Origin: Octopus sinensis
Lineage: Eukaryota
Assembly: GCF_006345805.1 (NCBI RefSeq)
Contig: NW_021829797.1
Coordinates: forward strand, 1-5,867
Direction of reading: 5' to 3'
Length of the DNA stretch: 5,867 bases
Each line of letters starts with the position of its first letter. Position 1 is the stretch's first letter. The translations under genes were made by a program, and so were the position numbers. Below, in pieces: positions 1 to 5,867 of this stretch. Below the pieces are notes generated by a model. That model had not been told where the DNA came from. It worked only from the letters and a program-made list of their open reading frames with translations, and searched no databases.

Positions 1-98
1 GACGTATTAATAAAATCTGTAAATATAAAACCATCCAGATTTCTGAGTAACTTATTTCTTCAAATATATAATACCTGTACATTACCTCCAAACTTCGA

Positions 99-103
<5 letters not shown>

Positions 104-157
<54 letters not shown>

Positions 158-189
158 TATATTATATATATATATATGTATTTATATAT

Positions 190-220
<31 letters not shown>

Positions 221-244
221 CTATATATATATATATATATATAT
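104..244. repeat. (TA)n microsatellite, interrupted
   Basis: Long alternating TA run with a few interruptions, followed by TATG-type units to ~268. Confidence 0.97.
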
Positions 245-461
245 GTAGGTATGTATGCATAGTATGTAATTACTATATCAAAGGGTAATCAGAAATATTA
301 GAAATTTTCATTACCAGTGACCGAGCGTGTAAAAATTTAGTCTATAGACTATATATCATTCATATAATACACCGTATTTTTATGTGTATGTATGTATTTT
401 TATATATATGTATATAAAAATTAAAATAAACACCAATGTGTTACCATGAAGGAAGAACATC

Positions 462-654
462 ATTGTCACTAAAATGTGACCAAGGGTGTCAGGACACCTT
501 CATTGCTAGAAATAAAAGCTAAAATGCTCTCATGCTGTAGGAAAAGGACATAATTGTATACATATATGCAATCACTCAGAACACCTAGAGCATTTTAGCT
601 CTTATTTCTAGCAATATAGGTGTCCTGACACCCTTAGTTGCACTTAGTGACAAT
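462..654. repeat. Inverted repeat (foldback 1): 69/68-bp arms, 56-bp spacer
   Basis: Arm 462-530 aligns by hand to the reverse complement of 587-654 at 61/69 columns. Each arm carries the internal palindrome GGTGTC-NN-GACACC (485-498, 619-632). Confidence 0.95.
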
Positions 655-684
655 TATATATATATATATAATATATATATATAT
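655..684. repeat. (TA)n microsatellite separating the two foldbacks
   Basis: Direct reading. Confidence 0.93.
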
Positions 685-720
685 AAATAGATAGATTGGT
701 AAAAATTTTATAATTATGAG

Positions 721-1010
721 TATAATTATAATTAGGGTTCAGCAAAAATGTGTTTCACCACATACCAAAATTTAGAAATAGCAGTTAAAACTAACTATTT
801 CACTACCATATCTAACTCTGAAACATGTATACAGTTAATCAAAGCCAGATGGATTCGTTATTTTTTTCTCTTTACTTGGGTGGGTTGTTGAGTATTTGCT
901 GTCTGGGAGATTTTTTTCTTATGGTACTGAAATAGTTAGTTTTAACTGCTATTTCTAAATTTTGGTATGTGGTGAAACAAATTTTTGCTGAAACCCTAAT
1001 TATAATTATA
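721..1010. repeat. Inverted repeat (foldback 2): 90/91-bp arms, 109-bp spacer
   Basis: 721-810 vs the reverse complement of 920-1010: 2 substitutions and 1 indel. With indels the symmetry extends to 701/1018 and loosely to 694/1035. Confidence 0.97.
733..998. mobile_element. Candidate hAT-type MITE (266 bp, ~78-bp TIRs)
   Basis: Termini TAGGG...CCCTA flanked by identical 8-mers ATTATAAT (725-732, 999-1006). An 8-bp TSD and (C/T)AGGG ends are typical of hAT elements such as Ac. Caveat: the 8-mer is palindromic and the symmetry continues beyond it. Confidence 0.4.
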
Positions 1011-1112
1011 AAATTTTTGTATAAGTTTACCGATCATGGTTCTTTTAACACACCGAACTACTTGGTAAAATGATTAATTATTAATTAATTAATTTTACCC
1101 TTTATTATTATA

Positions 1113-1124
1113 GATCGATCGATC

Positions 1125-1190
<66 letters not shown>

Positions 1191-1255
1191 GAGATAGATA
1201 GATAGATAGATAGATAGATACAGATATAGATATATATATGTATATGTATGTATGT
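1113..1255. repeat. Compound microsatellite (GATC)3-(GATA)n-(TA)n-(TATG)n
   Basis: GATC x3 at 1113-1124, about 24 GATA units at 1125-1220 (one GAGA), then TA/TATG units. Confidence 0.97.
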
Positions 1256-1615
1256 TGGGTTGTCAGATAAATTTGTTTTTTTCCTGCTGAGCACTCTACT
1301 GTCACATGATTGAAAAGAGATAAAATTTATTCAAATTTCCAAAACGACAAACAAAAGATGTAGAGGAAGAAAAAAGCTACAAAAATTTTTTAAAAAAGAA
1401 AGGAAAAACAAACCATGGAACACTGCAGCAAAAATATTTTTCAAGTTATTTCAAACAACAATGGAAAGGATCAAAATAAAAAGAAGTAAAAAAAAAACTG
1501 AGCAAATTTATCTAACAAACCCATTATATGAATACAAATATCAAATCAGGTTTTAATTTTTATGAAATCCATTTGGAAAGAGGACAGCGTAGATGCTATG
1601 CGTGCCCTCCTTTAA

Positions 1616-2580
1616 CACTTGGCCTACCAGTCTTATTTCACACCATAATTCCTTTTGCTTTGTCTGATTTTGTCATAAATTCCATGTTTTTAATTATTCA
1701 ACCATTTTTATATTTTCTAGTTCATCCAAGAAATAAGATAAATGTGTTCTGTACTTTTTCTAAAATTCAAATAATGTGGTTTGAACCACAGAAATGTGGG
1801 GCTTCATAAAAGACCGTCGCCATTGAGAGTCACTTGTAACTCCCAAGGAATATTTAGTATATAATGGTGAGGAGTCACTAGTGGTACTCACGGTATGATA
1901 AGAATATGGTATGAAGAGTCACTAGCAACTTCCATATGTTAAGTATATAGAATAGGGAGTCACCAGTGACTCTCGTGGTATGCTGCGAATACACTATGGG
2001 GAGTTGTTGACTCCTGTGGTATATTAAAGATATAACATGATGAGTCACTGGTGACTCCCATGGCATGCTGGGAATATAGTATGGTGAGTCACTGACTAGT
2101 ATTGTACATCAAGAATATAGCATGGGATGTTACTGGTGACTTCCATGGTATGCTAGGAATACAGTATGGGGAGTCACTGACTCTCATGGTATATTAAGAA
2201 GATAACATGAGGAGTCACTTCTGACTCCCATGTTGTGCTGGGAATATAGTTTAGGGAGTTGTTGACTCCTATGGTATATTAAGAATATAACATGTGGAGT
2301 CACTGCTGACTCCCATGGTATATTAAGAATATAACATGAGGAGTCATTTCTGACTCCCATGGTGTGCTGGGAAAACAGTGTAGGGAGTTGCTGACTCCAA
2401 TGGCATATTAAGAATATAGAATGGAGAGTCACTGGTGACTCTCATGGTATACTGGGAATACAGTATGGGGAGTCACTGACTCGCATAGTATGCTGGGAAT
2501 ACATTATTGGGAGTTGCCAATGACTCCCGTGGTACATTAAGCATGGGGAGTCAATGGTGACTCCCATGGTAGGCAAAGTG
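1616..2580. mobile_element. Non-autonomous TTAA-specific DNA transposon (piggyBac-like MITE), 965 bp
   Basis: TTAA at 1612-1615 and 2581-2584. TIRs CACTTGGCCTACCA (1616-1629) and TGGTAGGCAAAGTG (2567-2580) match 13/14 as inverted repeats. No transposase ORF inside. Confidence 0.8.
1822..2572 (+). repeat. Palindromic-head minisatellite, 18 units of mostly 41/44 bp with an 85-bp dimeric higher-order pattern
   Basis: GAGTC-type anchors at 1827, 1872, 1916, 1957, 2001, 2042, 2086, 2127, 2171, 2212, 2256, 2297, 2341, 2385, 2426, 2470, 2511, 2548. Consensus long unit ATGRGGAGTCACTGGTGACTCCCATGGTATGCTGGGAATACAGT; short unit ATGGGGAGTCACTGACTCCCATGGTATATTAAGAATATAAC. Confidence 0.96.
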
Positions 2581-2775
2581 TTAATTATTTGGCTTTGCAT
2601 TTTAACATTGCTTTCTTTTGTTTTGCTTAGAAGTCACCTGTTTTTTAAACGTCTTAGAATCTAACCCCTAAATTTTGCTCCCTTTTCCATTCCATAGATT
2701 ATTTTATTTCACTTCAAGGGTGACAGATTAGGACAACTTACAAGAAAAGAACTATGTGGGTTTATATAACAAATG

Positions 2776-2777
<2 letters not shown>

Positions 2778-2822
<45 letters not shown>
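2778..2822. repeat. (AAT)15 microsatellite
   Basis: Perfect run, counted directly. Confidence 0.98.
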
Positions 2823-2824
<2 letters not shown>

Positions 2825-3170
2825 CATTTCAATTTTGTTTTTTTGAGAATTTTGATCTGAAATCGTGTGTTGAAACTGATATTGTTGTATGTTGGGAGGT
2901 TCACACTGTCAACAAGCACACCCACACAGGTTGTTATTCACTTCAGTTTTAGTTTATTATTGCTTAAAAAAATTTGTTGGGAATTTTTTGTCTTGCTATT
3001 GTGACCTGATTAATTTCATATTCTTCTTATTCACTGAAAAGGTCATAGTAGTGTAATAATTTTAAAAAAATACCTGACAAATTAGTTAATAATATAATTC
3101 AAGTTGAAGTGAATTACAACCTGTGTGTGTGTGCTTGTTGCCGATATGACCCTCCCAGAAATGCAATGAA

Positions 3171-3203
3171 GATGATGATGATGATGATGATGATAATGAT
3201 GAT
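3171..3203. repeat. (GAT)n microsatellite
   Basis: (GAT)8-AAT-(GAT)2. Confidence 0.97.
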
Positions 3204-3350
3204 AGCATAACGCTGTTGTTAGTATAAATATTGTCGCTAATTATATTTTTACAATAATTAAATTGCTTTTTTTTTTCTTCCTATTGATAAATCTATTTTC
3301 TCTTGATAAAATATCTCTCAGAAACAGCATGTATACACACAAACACACAC

Positions 3351-3482
3351 AAGTCTATGAGGAAGCCTGTCTGTGGCTGTTAGATCTACTAGATATAATA
3401 GTCAAATTACTTCAAATCATATCTTATTGGCTTACAAAAAGAAAATACAGATTTGACCCAGGGTTAAACAAAAAGAACAACA
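3351..3482 (+). mobile_element. Degenerate, internally deleted copy of the interspersed repeat with AAC-rich tail (SINE/LINE-like 3' end)
   Basis: The core continues into CTTACAAAAAGAAAA and then TGACCCAGGGTTAAACAAAAAGAACAAC (3454-3482). AGGGTTAAACAA is shared exactly with 5710-5721. The retroposon call is an inference from the simple-repeat tail. Confidence 0.55.
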
Positions 3483-3982
3483 GATACACATGCACATGAA
3501 CCTATAAGGGAGCCTGTGTGTAGTCATTCGATCTGCCAGAAATAGCAGCCAAATTTCAAATCATAACCACACACACATACATACATACACACATGCAAAT
3601 ACATACACAAACACACCTAGACACATGAACATGAGCCTGCAAAGGAGCCTGTGTGTGGCCGTTCGATCTGCTAGAAATAGCAGCCAAATTTCTTCAAATC
3701 ATAACCACACACACACACACATGCATGCACACACACACACACTCACGCACACTCAAACACTTGCTCAAGGACTTACAAGGGAGCCTGTGTGTGGCTGTTA
3801 AATCTCCTAGAAATAGCAGCAAAACTTCTTCAAATCATAACCACGCACACAAGTACACACATATACACATACATACATACACACCAGCACACACTCAAAC
3901 ACACACACTTGAGCCTATAAGAGAGCCAGTACATGGCTGTTCGGTCTGCTAGAAACACCAACCAAATTTCTTCAAACCATAA

Positions 3983-4019
<37 letters not shown>

Positions 4020-4103
4020 CACACACACACAAATGTACACGGGCCTACAAACGAGCCTGTGTGCTAGAAATTGAAGCCAAATTTCCTCAAATTATGAGCA
4101 CAT

Positions 4104-4152
<49 letters not shown>

Positions 4153-4160
4153 CACACACG
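3351..4160 (+). repeat. Tandem array of a ~70-80-bp core followed by (CA)-rich tracts, 6 cores
   Basis: Core GGAGCCTGTGTGTGGCCGTTCGATCTGCTAGAAATAGCAGCCAAATTTCTTCAAATCATAACCAC; AGCC anchors at 3364, 3511, 3646, 3782, 3924, 4054. The last core has a ~15-bp internal deletion. Confidence 0.93.
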
Positions 4161-4244
4161 AACATTGCTGAATTACAATTATCTATTTATTTATTTTTTT
4201 GTTTTTTGATAATAAAATTTCTGCTCAATAATTATATTTTTCAG

Positions 4245-4335
4245 TAATGCTATTTTTCTTCTTTAAAATTCTATTTCAACTTTGAAAATCCTATTTTACT
4301 TTCGATAATTCTATTTTCCTCTTTAATAATTGTAT
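4245..4335 (+). repeat. Degenerate 20-bp AT-rich minisatellite (~4.5 units)
   Basis: CTATT recurs at 4250, 4271, 4291, 4311. Units include AAAATTCTATTTCAACTTTG, AAAATCCTATTTTACTTTCG and ATAATTCTATTTTCCTCTTT. Confidence 0.7.
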
Positions 4336-4406
4336 TCAATTATATTTCCTGATGCGGATTAATTGTCCAGAGAGACAGAATTGGTCAATTTTTGTGTCAA
4401 GGGGTT

Positions 4407-4918
4407 GCGTACTGCTGTATATGTATGTGTGTGTGTGTGAGGCAAAAGTGTTTGTATGTATGTATGTATGTGTGTGTGTGTGTGAATGTATATGCATATA
4501 TATGTATGTATATAGGTAACACGTATTTAGTCATACATGTATACATACACACACACACACATGCATATATATACATATATACACACATATATAAATGCAT
4601 ACATATATGTGTATTTATATATATATAGATATACATACAAACACATACATATATGTATGTATATATATTTGCAAAAATATATATATATATATATATATAT
4701 ATAACGGGAAGCTTTATGAAAATAGACAAAAGACGAAGGCAGGTTTACATACATACATACATATTTATATATGTATGTATGTATATAATATATGTGTGTG
4801 TATATATATATATACATATATATACATACATATATATACATATACACATACATATATATGTATATATGCAATATATAGATATACATGCAAGCACATACAT
4901 ATATATGTATATATGCAT
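4407..4918. repeat. Mosaic TG/TATG/CA/TACA/TA microsatellite region
   Basis: Near-continuous alternating purine-pyrimidine low-complexity sequence with a few short unique islands. Confidence 0.95.
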
Positions 4919-4938
4919 CATTGGAAATGATGCATATA

Positions 4939-5068
4939 GCCTGCTAGAAATAACAGTCAAATCACCCTACAAATGATACTGTCTTATGTTTGAGTTAACA
5001 AAGCCTGGATGACTATGGCTGGAAGGTCAGTTAAAGAGGGTCTTGGGTTGCAAAACAGTAATGACAAC
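4939..5068 (+). mobile_element. Degenerate copy of the same interspersed repeat (core + middle + tail-like end)
   Basis: GCCTGCTAGAAATAACAGTCAAAT...GTCTT, then GGATGACTATGGCTGGAA (5007-5024; 13/18 to 5650-5667), then an AAC-containing end. Confidence 0.55.
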
Positions 5069-5071
5069 ATC

Positions 5072-5253
5072 GAACCTGTACGTGGTTTCCTTTTTTGCTA
5101 GAAATAGCAGCCAGTTTCCTTCATCCTGCAAGCAATTGTCTTAAAGGAAAAACAAATTTTAAAAATGTGATTCTTGATGTGTGAGTCATGGGTGGTATGC
5201 CTTTCGTAACAGTTCTGCTTAGTCAGAGTTGACCCGGGGCCAAATAACAACAA
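5072..5253 (+). mobile_element. Degenerate copy of the same interspersed repeat ending in AACAACAA
   Basis: TTGCTAGAAATAGCAGCC (5095-5112), GTCTTAAAGGAAAA, and tail TGACCCGGGGCCAAATAACAACAA (5230-5253). Confidence 0.65.
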
Positions 5254-5369
5254 TGACCTAGGCAACATCTATGGAAGGATATTAGCAACAAAATACCAGG
5301 GTTTAAAACATTGCTGAATGAGAAAAAGTCTACCCTTAGAGTAGGGAGAGTCATGTTAGGAATAACTTT

Positions 5370-5571
5370 GGATGCTACACAATGGTTACTCCAATTGCTA
5401 AAAAGAGCAGCCACCCAAGTATTTACTTGAAAGAAGGAAGGACAAACAGATTACAGCAAATAGCATCTAGAACTATATTATACTCAATTCAAAATTAAGA
5501 TGGGATGGTCACAAATGGAACGTCTTTGATCACAGGCCTCCTGGATCAGAACTAATGAGACTATACAACAA
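5370..5571 (+). mobile_element. Degenerate copy of the same interspersed repeat
   Basis: TTGCTAAAAAGAGCAGCC (5395-5412), CTTGAAAGAAGGAAGGACA, GGGATGGTCACA...TCTTTGATCA, ending ACAACAA. Confidence 0.6.
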
Positions 5572-5780
5572 TTATAGCCGCTAATGCTAACTCCTATACT
5601 GCACATTAGATAATGTAGTCCTAGATACACTATGCCCGAATAAAAGAGGGGATGGTCACAGCTGGAACATCTTTGATCATAGGTCTGTCTCCGAGATCAG
5701 GACTGACTTAGGGTTAAACAATAACAACTATAGCCACTAATACTATCTACTATAAACATCAGATAATGTACTCCTAGATA
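5497..5780 (+). repeat. ~150-bp diverged tandem duplication of the repeat's 3' part plus linker
   Basis: 5497-5627 vs 5644-5780 share GGGATGGTCACA (5502/5649), TCTTTGATCA (5523/5670), TATAGCC (5573/5729), AGATAATGTA (5608/5761) and CCTAGATA (5620/5773). Confidence 0.85.
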
Positions 5781-5792
5781 TATTTGTGCATC

Positions 5793-5867
5793 TACATATA
5801 TATATATATATATATGTATGTATATATGTATGTATGTATCGGTATATGTATATATACATATATGTAT
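5793..5867. repeat. TA/TATG microsatellite running to the window end
   Basis: Direct reading. Confidence 0.95.

Noticed and set aside
338-351. 14-bp perfect palindrome TAGTCTATAGACTA
   Set aside because: Isolated and AT-rich, with no supporting context.
732-999. Telomeric TTAGGG/CCCTAA at the foldback 2 ends
   Set aside because: Single units only; not an interstitial telomeric array.
462-1010. Canonical pre-miRNA call for the foldbacks
   Set aside because: Spacers of 56 and 109 nt and stems of 69-90 bp are larger than typical animal pre-miRNA hairpins; no expression data.
1085-1305. ORFs 1085-1294 and 1108-1305
   Set aside because: Translations of the (GATA)n tract (YLSI repeats); no coding signal.
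1528-1809. 93-aa ORF
   Set aside because: Crosses the TTAA/TIR junction of the MITE and has no recognisable domain; not a transposase.
2041-2091. AP-1 sites TGAGTCA
   Set aside because: Exact in only 2 of 18 units (2041, 2085); the consensus is GGAGTCA.
1878-2432. Minus-strand ORFs in the minisatellite
   Set aside because: Repetitive translations of array units.
1822-2572. CRISPR-like appearance (palindromic repeats at 41-44-bp spacing)
   Set aside because: The intervening sequences are two recurring homologous tails, not unique spacers; no cas genes; eukaryotic context.
1616-2580. Kolobok assignment for the TTAA-flanked element
   Set aside because: Kolobok termini begin with purines, whereas these begin CAC, which fits piggyBac better.
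3661-3669. Pol III B-box-like GTTCGATCT
   Set aside because: Imperfect, not conserved in the other cores, and no A box or tRNA-like head.
3351-4160. CRISPR-like repeat-spacer pattern
   Set aside because: Cores are ~70 bp and diverged, and the spacers are CA microsatellites.
3263-4976. ORFs 3263-3499, 3653-3952, 3830-4030 and the 4392-4976 set
   Set aside because: Products of repeat cores (LLEIAAK) and of CA/TA microsatellites (HT, YI, CV runs).
5223-5414. 63-aa minus-strand ORF
   Set aside because: Short, within degenerate repeat copies, no recognisable motif.

Overview
AT-rich, microsatellite-dense, apparently non-coding eukaryotic DNA. Its composition and repeat style resemble octopus/cephalopod genomic DNA (from memory, unverified). 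No supplied ORF is credible. The window is almost entirely repeats: (1) two adjacent long foldbacks, 462-654 and 721-1010, the second near-perfect and readable as a hAT-type MITE; (2) a 965-bp non-autonomous element at 1616-2580 with TTAA target-site duplications and 14-bp TIRs (piggyBac-like), filled with an 18-unit 41/44-bp minisatellite of palindromic GAGTCAC-TG-GTGACTC heads that runs into the right TIR; (3) about ten same-orientation fragments of one interspersed repeat (core TGCTAGAAATAGCAGCCAAAT, AAC-rich tail) between 3351 and 5780, including a ~135-bp-period core+(CA)n array and a ~150-bp tandem duplication; (4) many TA, GATA, AAT, GAT, CA and TG microsatellites. Both foldback arms also share the core motif of the downstream repeat family.
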